A model generated the notes under the pieces. The model searched no databases. It was not told the DNA's origin and saw only the letters and a list, made by a program, of their open reading frames with translations. This document shows positions 25,097-36,022 of a stretch of DNA of 64,000 nt, piece by piece. The position numbers and the translations under genes were made by a program. Origin of the DNA: Xylographa opegraphella. Its lineage: Eukaryota. The stretch lies in assembly GCA_022813865.1 (NCBI GenBank), contig JALDZX010000002.1, forward strand, positions 620,001 through 684,000, read 5' to 3'. Each line of letters starts with the position of its first letter. Within the stretch, counting starts at the first letter, position 1.

Positions 25097-25537
25097 CTAC
25101 TCTTTGACTGACCATTCGCGCCATGGAACTGTGGTCCACGTGATCTCCTCGATGTCACTTACGGGTGAATGCCAGATTGTGCGGCAAGTTGGTTCTTCTG
25201 GAGCTGAACCGATTGGAAGCGGGGTCTTGGTCAAGGTGATGATTTTGATGGTACTCGTCGTCTTCATCCTCCATGTGACTTTCCTCCTCGTCGTCACTTT
25301 CGTCACCTCAAAACTCTCATTTTCTTCTGTGAACTTGGCGGTTTCAGTGACCTTAGTCACCCTGACGATCTCTGTAAATCTAGTGGAATTGGTGCATCTG
25401 ATTCGCCGAGTCTGCTCGACATCCTCGTGATCCTCGACAGCTTCAATGTGCTTGAAGCGCTTGATATCCTTAGTGAGTGTAGTTTCTTTTGCGCGGGTGG
25501 TGTCCTTGGTGCATTTAACAGGTTTGTTGAGGTTCAT
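25097..25537 (-). CDS. Thr/Lys-rich low-complexity hypothetical ORF, possibly a fragment of a decayed gene
   Basis: 146-aa ORF; the frame stays open upstream to about 25757 without an ATG; no recognisable domain. Confidence 0.3.
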   Translation of the reverse strand: MNLNKPVKCTKDTTRAKETTLTKDIKRFKHIEAVEDHEDVEQTRRIRCTNSTRFTEIVRVTKVTETAKFTEENESFEVTKVTTRRKVTWRMKTTSTIKIITLTKTPLPIGSAPEEPTCRTIWHSPVSDIEEITWTTVPWREWSVKE

Positions 25538-26469
25538 GAAATGATTGTGACTGTTCAGCTTTTGCGCTTGTCTGAGTATGCTCTCTATCTCCTCTGAGTC
25601 GCTGCTGGCTTCAATTCTGTAAGGCTCGATAGGAGAGAGTTTGGTAAGCTTGGTGAAAACCTTGTATTTCGAAGCGTTTATTGAGCTTATGGTGCTTGGT
25701 AGACCAGTAGACTCCGACGACCTTGCGACACTTATGCGCTTGCGCTCTTGGCGTAATTAGGCTTATGCTGTCTATAGTGTTTGAGTTGTCGCTTGCCAAT
25801 TGCATGGCCGAGGGTATGTTGTCGCTTATCATTTGACGAGAAACGTTGGTGAGCAATGATAGAAGAGCACGGCTTGGCGGTCTTCTATATCTCTTACTTC
25901 CGACAAAGGGATTGAAGGGACAAGGGGCGCGAATACAATGGGCGAGGAGACCATGGTAACAATAATGACCGTGTCCCTGTTATAAAGACCGCGAGACTTA
26001 CAAGCCGAAGAGTGGGGAGATGAAGGCAATAGTGAAAATGTGTTATTGCGATTCGTTGCCCATAGCCGGTCCACGAATGCAATCATATTGTGCCCAAGCA
26101 GAATTCTGGACTATTAGAAGGAATGGCTGAGAAAATGGAACGATCTAAATTTGGAGCAAGGTTTCACCGATAGCAGTGCACAGAGTTCGTCGCATCAGTT
26201 GGCTTTACAGCCACGCATTGCCTATATTCATTTTTTTATTTACAGTATGCTCTCCTTTTGTTGCAATGACGAATCATTGGTTTGCGGTTTCACGAGACTA
26301 CTCAAAGCCTTGTTTACCGGCTTCGTAGCAACTATCAGCACTGGTTCTCTCTACAATGTTGTATATTCTCAGCTTTGTTTTCTTCATTTTGCATTATCCT
26401 CAAGTGAGAATTTTCTTTGACATTGAATGGAATCGAACATATCAAAGAAAGGGATTGTGTTTAGATTTA

Positions 26470-26631
26470 CAATAGCAACTATAATGGCGCTGTTGCCATC
26501 GTCCACAACACAATAGCAACTATAATGGCGCTGTTGCCATCGTCCACAACACAATAGCAACTATAATGGCGCTGTTGCCATCGTCCACAACAAAATAGCA
26601 ACTACAATGGCGCTGTTGCCATCGTCCACAA
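26470..26631. repeat. Minisatellite, 41-bp unit, about 4 copies
   Basis: CAATAGCAACTATAATGGCGCTGTTGCCATCGTCCACAACA starting at 26470, 26511, 26552 and 26593 (last copy with substitutions); no spacers. Confidence 0.97.
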
Positions 26632-26824
26632 TAAAGGTCGACTGGACAATGCTCCCTCCTTTCCTGGCTTCGTTCATCTCTATTTCTCATCTTGGAGTCT
26701 ACAGTACACTTGTGCACAATATCCAAGTCCGAGAGATAAATAATTGGATTCGCTTGGTAGTTCTCCGGAGAAGTCAATCACTTCCCCTTCGCGAACAATA
26801 GGTAATTCTCTTTACCAGGGCAGG

Positions 26825-27391
26825 ATGCTTTATTCAAACTGTTCTCCACCCAGGAATGCCTCCCGGGAAGCCTACAGGCATCATCTCTTCGTGTCTCCCC
26901 CGCCGCCCGATTCTTCAATCTTTGAGGCCACAGCAGGGGAGATCTCATTGTCTCCCACCGCATCGGAAATATCAGAAACAGTCTCGAGTGGTCAGAAGTT
27001 CTGCGCAGCGATGGCTAAGGTCCGAAAGCTGGTTTTCTTTGACAGCAGCCAACAAGCCAAGAAGCGTGACGAGGACTCTAACAGCATCAGTGACCTGGAA
27101 CTTAACAACTGTATCGAAGTGAAGTCCAAAAGTGGCAGTAAGGACCAGACGCGTGATACATTCGAACCGTCGTATGCGGAGGACAAGGAACAACGTCAGC
27201 CAGAATATTTTAGCGTCCACAATGAAGGTGAGCCGACTCTAGGTGGGGGCCCACTAAGAAGAGAGCAAAAGGGCCTGCCGACGGACCTTCGTCAAGATCC
27301 GGGCATCGAATTCATCAGACTGCGATGCCGGCGGATGCACGATCGACTGTATGAGGAGTATGAGAACTTGGATTTTGGTACTAGTCAGTAA
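26825..27391 (+). CDS. Hypothetical protein, Ser/Pro/acidic, likely disordered
   Basis: Open frame 26744-27391 with first ATG near 26825; no recognised domain. Confidence 0.4.
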   Translation: MLYSNCSPPRNASREAYRHHLFVSPPPPDSSIFEATAGEISLSPTASEISETVSSGQKFCAAMAKVRKLVFFDSSQQAKKRDEDSNSISDLELNNCIEVKSKSGSKDQTRDTFEPSYAEDKEQRQPEYFSVHNEGEPTLGGGPLRREQKGLPTDLRQDPGIEFIRLRCRRMHDRLYEEYENLDFGTSQ

Positions 27392-27787
27392 AGGATCTCT
27401 TCTTTATCTCTACATATGTTGACAAGTTTTATTGAATCTGTTCGTACTGTGGTTGTTCTACAGAATGATTTTGGTCGATGTACAAGGACGGAAGTTGTAT
27501 CTGAATACAATGGAGTCCTTTTGTTCAATAATGGCATAGTACTTGATACTATGGCCACTATCATGCTTCTAGAGATTCGATTGTCTCGAGAGTAATATGG
27601 TTCCGTTGGTGATTGTGTATCTCTATGTATACTTCAACTCTTTGACTCTTACATACAGACGTATTATACACAACTTACAATAATATGTCCGGATCCATTG
27701 TCTTCCTTTGGCTATCCCCTGGGTACATAAACTTTCCCTGAATTTCTTCCTGACTCATTCTCTCCTTCCTTCCATAAGACTCTCGCC

Positions 27788-28306
27788 ATGAACCGCCAGA
27801 CTCTTGTCATGCAAGCCACTCCTCGCGAAGACCTTCCCACTTTCCTATACTCCGTCTTTGTAATACTCCGAACCTCTGTCAACGGTAGACTAATCTACCG
27901 CAACAACTCAGGCCCGAGAGATCTGTCAGTCGGTAATGACCTAGCCGAGTCTCTTGCCTCTTCAGAATCAACACTAATCGATGATCCGACACATGGGTCG
28001 GGTCACGACCACGAGAGCCAAGAGTTCGACATCCTTGACCTGGTCCCCGATAGCGATGACGAAGAGTTTCTCGTCGACGCGGATGAGTTCTTCGGCACCG
28101 GCGATACGGGAGATATGGTGATTGTGGATGCCGGCCCCGCAGTAGAGACGGAGGTCACGCGGACCGCTGAGAAATGCGAGTTGCTGGCGGATGCACTCCG
28201 CGAAGAGCCAGACTTCATAGACATCACGGTGGAGTGTTTGGGGATTGGGAAGCCAGATGATGCTGCGGGTGGTGGGAAAAGTAAGTGGATGGCTGACGGG
28301 GACTGA
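27788..28306 (+). CDS. Hypothetical acidic protein
   Basis: 172-aa ORF with good start context (GCCATG) after a pyrimidine-rich leader; D/E-rich. Confidence 0.5.
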   Translation: MNRQTLVMQATPREDLPTFLYSVFVILRTSVNGRLIYRNNSGPRDLSVGNDLAESLASSESTLIDDPTHGSGHDHESQEFDILDLVPDSDDEEFLVDADEFFGTGDTGDMVIVDAGPAVETEVTRTAEKCELLADALREEPDFIDITVECLGIGKPDDAAGGGKSKWMADGD

Positions 28307-29610
28307 GAAGGAGTTGAGTAAATTGCTGGTCCTATTTTGGCAAAGTGCTAGTATTAGGGATGATAATACGGAAATCAGAGACAGAGGGTTGATGAGAGGG
28401 CACTTTAGGATGTTAGATCCTAGATAAGTAAATCAAAAACTCCTCTAATCGTTTTAACTTCCCCAGAGTCCTGCGATCGAAAGGTACTAGATAATACTGA
28501 ACACTAGCGGATGGAAGTTTATTGAAATGGCGACGACAGCACCTGGTAGACACTAGGTAAACCCCGGATGATTATCATAACCAGGCAATATGTGCTATCT
28601 GTAGTTTACACGAAGTTACTCGTATCAAGCTTCAATCACAAAGTAAACCACAGTAAAGCAGTCGATGTGAACAGCCATGTCTAAAAATACCGTGACCAAC
28701 TTCTTAACGTGCTTCAGAACGGCATTAGTACGCGAGTCTGGCCAAGTATTTCTGACGTGCAGTGTTTCAAAAGGACCAGTAACGCTTTACTGCCGGCTGT
28801 GTTATGATTGTGCTAATAGTGCTTCTGGTCATCATGAGGCTCCCTATATTAGCGAAGGGGTTTGGCTATCGCCTTACCTTTGAAGAGTATATTGGGGGTT
28901 CTAAAGAGCCTGCCCTGATTTATGGCGGCAAGAACATTCATGTATCATCATTTAGTGATAATATATTAGGTACCTAGGTATGTGGTGGGAATGTTCTCAA
29001 GCATTTAGGGTTAGGACCTAGGGTCTCGGCTGGGCTAGGATAGCCTTGTTTCTAGTTGTAATCTACCTACATTACTGAACCGCCATTCCGGTGATAGTAG
29101 CACTTTATTCTCCCACCACGACAGTTGGAGGACTTGCTTGTTACCTTCTGTATTGCTCTGACAGATATTGGCCGTCTGGCAACCGGTGGGGTCGTGACAG
29201 GATGATATCCGAAAGGCCATCCCAAGGCGAAGCTCTAAGAATTCCGCAGAGGAGTGCCCACGGTACTTCGATGTCGCGATGTTTTGTAAAATTTCTTTCA
29301 CATGAATCTTTCTCTCGTTTTAATGATGTTCGTGCAATACTACACGAAGCCATAGGATTGAGCGGGTGTACCTGTCATTCGGCATACAGTGGTACCTATC
29401 CTACGTGTATGGCCATCGGTCACACGCACTTCATTTACGTTCCACACACCAGGGTATACTCGAAGCTGTACCTGCTCCACTTTACATCAGGTTGTACAGC
29501 ATATACCACCCGATGCCCCTCTTCAAAGTGCATGCCGTCTTCATAATGCTCTCTGCTCTCATGTCTTTATCTTGCTCACAACTGTTACTGCATTGCACTG
29601 CATTGTCGTC

Positions 29611-30914
29611 ATGTTGTTGTCTATTCTGCCTGCTACAATCGCTGCAACCATTCTTAGCTCTTTAAGTGAGTCTCACTCTTACCGATATGAGTGGACAAGG
29701 AGTCAAGCATATCTGAGCACTTGTAGGCTTCGGTTTCGCCCAGGTTGCTCGTCAAGAAGTCTTCGGCGTGAATCCCGATGACTGCTCGCAGACTTACTTC
29801 TTCGGTGCCGTTTCGCGAAAACCTCGCAATGGTGTGCCAGACTTCTTCCAGCTGTCATTCCAGATAGGTACTCATTCATTCCTCTGTCGCCATACTGGAC
29901 GTCCCTCCCCTGACAGCCACTATAGGCTCGGTTTTCGGCCCAGCATTCGCCCCTTCGGAGTTCTTCACCATTGTTGCTGCTAGCAGTGGCAATTCCTCGT
30001 TCGGGGATTATCTCGTCGCACCAAACGCGTCCATCAAAAATTTCAATGGCGAATTCGGCCCTGCAGGCTACAGCGGCAGCAAGAAATGGCGCGCAACTAT
30101 CGCAAAAGTCAACGCTCCCGCGCAGAACGTTACGGGAGAGATGTTTCTACCGAAATCGATAGGCCCGCCGGCTTATGCGTGCGGGCCAGGCACAGGCACG
30201 AACTTAGAGAGCCTGATCACGAAGAAGTCAACGCAGAACGAGATTGCCATGCTCAAGGGAACTAATTTCGCACACATGGCGCTGGGAACAGGCATCGTGT
30301 AAGTCGACTGTTTCCCGGTCACCGTTCATGAATCTTAACAAGCCCTACACAGGGACGCCTCCATCGACAGCACCACCTTCGCTTTCAATGGCCCCATGGA
30401 AGTCGAAACCAGTTGGGGCCCTCCCTACCCCTCCATCTACAGTCGCTTCTATTACGGCTTCGGCGCCCTCGGCCCCTATACGTACGTGTTCTGGCACGTC
30501 GCGCCGCTCAACGAGCCCATGAGCTTCGCCACGCTGGGGTACCTGGCGCGGGACGGCTGCATCCTGGTTAACGCGTGCAACACTCTGTCGCAGCGCATCA
30601 CGAATATGACGAGCATCACCCCGTACGGCTCACGCAACCAATCCGACGTCCCGTTCGCGCTGCCACAGGGCCTGAACCTCGGCTTTACAGACACAAACGG
30701 GGACGCTTACCTGCTGGTCTTTGACGCCGCCGCAGCGAGCTACGGGCCCACGCCCGTGGGGGGCACCGTCAGCTTCGTAGGCGGGGTGAGTGGCGGAAAA
30801 GATGGCGGGCCGCAGTATAATGGGACGGGCTACGTGCTGGCTTTCGTGGGCAATGGATGCGAGTGGTATGGATTCGTAGAGAGGCTGTGGGCTGACGGTG
30901 CGCGTTGCAGATGA
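29611..30914 (+). CDS. Predicted secreted AsqO/PenF-like (CrtC/hydroxyneurosporene synthase-like) protein; introns 29666-29726, 29868-29925, 30299-30352; 3' end uncertain
   Basis: Manual splicing gives MLLSILPATIAATILSSLSFGFAQ (signal peptide), QTYFFGAVS, SIGPPAYACG, FNGPMEVETSWG, RFYYGFGALGPYTYVFW, GYLARDGCILVNAC, GGVSGG..YNG; all three introns are canonical and keep the frame. Confidence 0.75.
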
Positions 30915-32742
30915 TCTATCCTATGATGGTCCGCCCCCCAAAAGCCCTCCGTATTCTCAATTTTGACGTACGTCTGTCTGCAGCTGAAAGTGGGACTGCG
31001 TCAGGTAAGCTTGGGGAGAGTTGAGTCGCGGTTCGGATACTGGGCGTTAGATGGGGATACCGCCTCAATCATTGAGCGGAGACTGCATCCTCGTTACTGA
31101 GCAATGCTCGTTCTTTGAATGCTAGCTTTACCCTAGGCTGTCGTGCTCTCCTGTCTCGTGTGACTCTAGTGAGTACAATGTTCGAATTGTACACTGCCGC
31201 GCCGTTTGTGTAAAATATACCTGCGTAATCGGTTGGTCACCGTATGTCCTACGAGATGTTGTGTACCTGCTTCTACTGGAGTTGGTGAATATTACTGGAC
31301 TTGTACCTGCCTTGACAATTGGCCGTTAAAAGAAAATTAGAACTGACCCAGAGACACGATAGACTGCCAGATTAAGACTACGCTTCGGGACATCGAACAT
31401 ATAATCACGATCTGCAGGAATCTGAGACAATGTTCGTCAATTACCCCCTCCCTGCTTCAAGAAGAGAGAATAGTCAGTGGTTTTCGGCGTCTGTGGCGGT
31501 GCAAATGCTACGAAACATGGTCTAACAGAAGGGAATAGCATATTCTCCACTGCTCTAAGGTAGCTCTCAAGCTCTTATGTACATCTTTACCGAGACAGCA
31601 GCGCTTGGCCATCACTGCCGGGCGGAAGCATAATTGCTACTTTCGTATGTACTCAGAAATCAATAAATACCAACCATTCCACTGCTGTTATATGGTTACT
31701 GATGGTCCAGTCGACTACTTTCTGAGTTTTAGCTCTATCATAAGGGCTGAAGAACAGCATAGAGGTGTTGAATTTCCTTATCATCGATTTCCAAACACAA
31801 TGAGCGATATACGACGCAGCCACTGGACACATACTGCCAGGTCTGGCATACGGAACATGAAACGTCTTCCAACAATAATGTGTGCGCGCCTACCGCCCAA
31901 GGTCGTGAATCGTCGCTGTATCCCGTACCTTGCTAAGAAAAATGATCGACGCTAGTCAAATCGGACCCCCGCATACGTCACCCGAGCGGGCAAAATGACG
32001 TATCCCTGCTATAGCTTGAGCACCACCAGGGTGGGCATCACTCTAACGATCTGAGATGAATTGTATCAAGACTCACACAACAGAGCAAGTCCTTTGTCGC
32101 CCTGAAGGAAGGCTCTGAAACAACGACGGCGACAGGCAGCCTTGGCATTCACGACCATAACGAGGTGTTCCCATACATATTCGGTGGCATTAGTGTGGAA
32201 ATCAAGTACTTTTGTTTGGCAGGTTTGGGCCAAGCTACCCGTAGGATAGACCAACGTCACCCTGCATGCGCCCACCTTCACCACATCCCGGCTTACACAT
32301 CCTGATGATTTTGTACACTTGATCATCCCACACACGACAACGCAGCCTCGATAGAAGTACTGCGTGGACGGCAGCAGGAACAACTGGGGATTCCTGCAAG
32401 TCCCCTTCACATACACCACGCAACCTGCGTACTTTGCTCCCTCGCTGCTTCTCACTCGTTGCAACTTGCTGTCGATCCCGTACTCGCTTAAAGTGAACCC
32501 TACGGCTCCCCTTCATCGTCATAAACGCCATCGCCGCTTTGGCGATCTGATACCGTGACTGACTCCTCTTGCTGCACCTCTCCATCCAATACCTCAGCCG
32601 TTTGCCTACTCCCACACAAAAACCGCCTTACGACTCCTTTTCGTGCAGCATAGCATTCCTCGTCGTTGCGCTATCCGACGCAACACGTCACCCGCTTCAT
32701 TCCAGTACCCCGAGTCAACACTGAGACTCGCGGAACGACGCC

Positions 32743-35058
32743 ATGTCCACCATACAGAACCTCAAGAATTTCATTCGACACGGCAAACAGGCTCGAGGCG
32801 GAAATCCACCCCATGGGGATCCGACCACCAACGTATCGCCTGTCCATGCTCAGCCGCAACGCTTCGCCGCCCCACCACAGAACTACTATGCCAATAGCGA
32901 TCCGAACGTCTTGGATCATAACCCTCTACAAGCTGGTCATGTCCAAGGCGGAGATTATTCGGTAGCCAACATGGACAATCGCAACGTCGCTGCACAGGCA
33001 GGAGGAGTAGCCGCCAAGGTTGCCGGAGACGGTCAGAGAATAGGGAATGGAGGAAATGTGGACAGGAAGAAGGATTACGATCCCAGCGTGATCGAGCGAA
33101 TCGTTGCAGAAGAGCGGGAGAGTAAGGGCAAATTGCCAAAGTACCCGGGACTAGAAAGATTCAGGCTCCTGGAGAAGATGGGAGACGGCGCCTTCAGCAA
33201 TGTCTATCGAGCCAAGGATACGACTGGAGAGTTTGACGAAGTCGCCATCAAAGTCGTTCGCAAATTTGAGATGAACTCCAGTCAGGTCAGTACGGGTTGC
33301 CATCCCACAAAACAGCCATGTCCTCTGCTTCCTGCCTTAAGTTTTGCATGTACTGCTTATCGTCTGTTCTCTGAATTCACTTGAAGTCAGCAAAGCATTG
33401 AAGTACCTGCCAACATTGTGTCGTGATAGGGCGACAACCACCTACATCCAGACTTTAAGAAGCAGCCGAAAGTCGTCGAGGTGCGCATTAACCTCTCCTA
33501 TTGTCGATTTTATCATCACTTATCATGTCTCGAATACTTGATGTTTTACTTTGCCCATCTGGTCATTGCTGACCATTGAATTGTTACAGCGAGCAAACAT
33601 CCTCAAGGAAGTGCAGATTATGCGGCAATTAGACCACCCCAACATCGTCAAACTCGTGTCTTTTTCCGAATCCAGTCAATACTATTACATAGTCTTAGAG
33701 CTTTGCCCTGGTGGGGAGTTATTCCATCAGATCGTTCGTTTGACGTACTTCAGCGAAGACTTAAGCCGGCACGTTATTGTCCAAGTTGCGAATGCCCTGG
33801 AGTATCTTCACGAAGATAAAGGTGTCGTTCATCGGTATGTCGACTCCCCTCGTATACTCATCATATAACCTAACATTGTTCAAGTGACATCAAACCGGAG
33901 AACTTACTTTTCTATCCTATTCCCTTCATTCCAACTAAACACCCAAAGCCAAAATCAGCAGAAGACGAGGACAAAGCTGATGAAGGCGAATTCGTTCCTG
34001 GAGTCGGCGCCGGTGGCATCGGCCAGATTAAGATAGCGGATTTCGGCTTGTCCAAGGTTGTCTGGGACAGTCAGACGATGACGCCCTGTGGTACTGTTGG
34101 TTACACAGCACCTGAAATTGTGAAGGACGAAAGATATTCGAAAAGTGTGGATATGTGGGCACTGGGTTGTGTTCTCTACACCTTACTGTGTGGCTTCCCA
34201 CCATTTTACGATGAGAGCATCCAGGTCCTTACAGAGAAGGTTGCTCGAGGCCAGTATACATTCCTTTCTCCGTGGTGGGATGACATATCAAAGCCTGCTC
34301 AAGACCTCGTTTCGCATCTTCTCACCGTCGACCCCGAGAAGAGATATACGATTCAGGAGTTCCTCCAACACCCATGGATCAAGCAGTCGAACGAAGCGAC
34401 ACATGCGGCAGCCGACGCCCCACCTCTCGCAACACCTCTCTACACTCGCCAGAAAGAGTATGGCTTCCAGTCTGGTCAAGGGCAAGGGGAAGCCATGTCT
34501 GCGCAATTCTTAGAAACGCCAGGCGGCGGTATGCGACGGATGGACTTCCGATCCCCCGGTGCTGTCAACCTTCGTGAAGTCTTCGACGTCGGTTATGCCG
34601 TCCATCGCGCAGAGGAAGAAGGCAAGCGGCGTAAGAACTTCAAGCAAGGTTATCGCGGAGCGGCTGGTATCAATGGCTTGAACGCGCTTGATGAAAACGA
34701 GGACGTATATGAGGATGAGGATGACTCCTTAGCATACAATGGTGCGCAACAGAATCCTCCTGCCAAGCTTCCCAAATCTTATGGTACGGGTGCAGATGTC
34801 AGTGGTGTGGAACAGAAGATGCGAGCAACGAATCTTGGCACCAGTTCGGCGGCTCAGGCACGACAAGCCGCCGCACCCGTCAAGCCACAAGAAAGAGGCT
34901 ATGGTCAGCACAGTCCTGCCGTTGCTGCAGCTGCAAAACAACAAGTCCGGAAGAATCGGGGGGCATTCGAGCTCAGCTTGGATAACGCTACCCTTCTCGG
35001 ACGACGCGGGAAGGGTCAAGGCACGGAAAGCAAGCTTCGGCAGCAAATCGTTCAATAA
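32743..35058 (+). CDS. srk1: MAPK-activated CaMK-like Ser/Thr kinase Srk1/SrkA (Rck2 family), 4 exons
   Basis: MSTIQNLKNFIRHGKQAR N-terminus, KMGDGAFSNVY, VAIKVV, VVHRDIKPENLLF, IADFGLSK, TPCGTVGYTAPE, LREVFDVGYAVHR, FELSLDNATLL. Confidence 0.95.
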
Positions 35059-36022
35059 CGTAGATCCGGTAAATGGAAAAAGTGAAGGAAGCATGGTAAT
35101 AATTATTCTTCTTATGGCTTGCAGACTGACTGCGTGTCCTTCACTTTGACCTAGATAGAGAGGGAGCTGGTCAGTGCTGATGCGGGCTTGTGAACTGCAT
35201 ATGTAGAGCACCGAGCTCAACGGTTTAATTTATCATTGCAATAACACGCAAGGCATATTGTGGTCATAAACCAATAATACATTGTTGTTAGAATGAATTT
35301 CGCGCCTTAAGCTAATCACTCCGTAATCCAAGCCACGCCTCAGCCAACTTTTCCTGTAGTTATTTTAAAAGGCTTAGAAGATGAATACTGCAAACGTCTC
35401 AAATCGATCCACAGCTATTTCTCCACAAGGTCCGATCTGGTAGATACTTATTAGCTCAGGGATGGACGGGAGACCAGTCGTTCCTACCTGGATAAGAACG
35501 CCGAGTGCAGCCGAAGGTGAGCGGTGCGGATAGGCTACAAGGCTGATCCCTCGTCTCGCCGCCAAGACCTCGGAAGTGACCCGACACCAACCTCAGGCTC
35601 CAGCTTCGGAAGCTTGCATAGATCAGGTCTAGTGGCGGTAATTCTAGCGCCTCCCCCATCCAAACGTCCGAGTGATTGCGTGCCATTCGTGCGAAAAGCA
35701 TCGTGCACTTCATTCTTTTCATCTGGCCAGTTCAATCACACGGAAGCGCCCTTCTTCACGACGAGTCGCTGATTCATTCACCGCTGCTGCCTTCAAAGCA
35801 GGGTTGTACCTGTGTCTGCGCTGCCGGGAACTTGCATGACCAAGTAACCCGAATCACCTCCGCACCACACTGTTATCACTGCCGGTGAAACTGCTGCATC
35901 AGTCACCGAAAACACAGCATGGAACGATCACCTTCACCAAGCTGGATGTCTGAGTAACAACGACCTCGTAGCGCAAAGAGCGCATTTGTCTACGAACTAG
36001 AGACTAGCACGACGACGGAAGC

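Noticed and set aside
26470..26631. CRISPR-like array
   Set aside because: Units are contiguous with no unique spacers, there are no cas genes, and the context is eukaryotic; it is a minisatellite.
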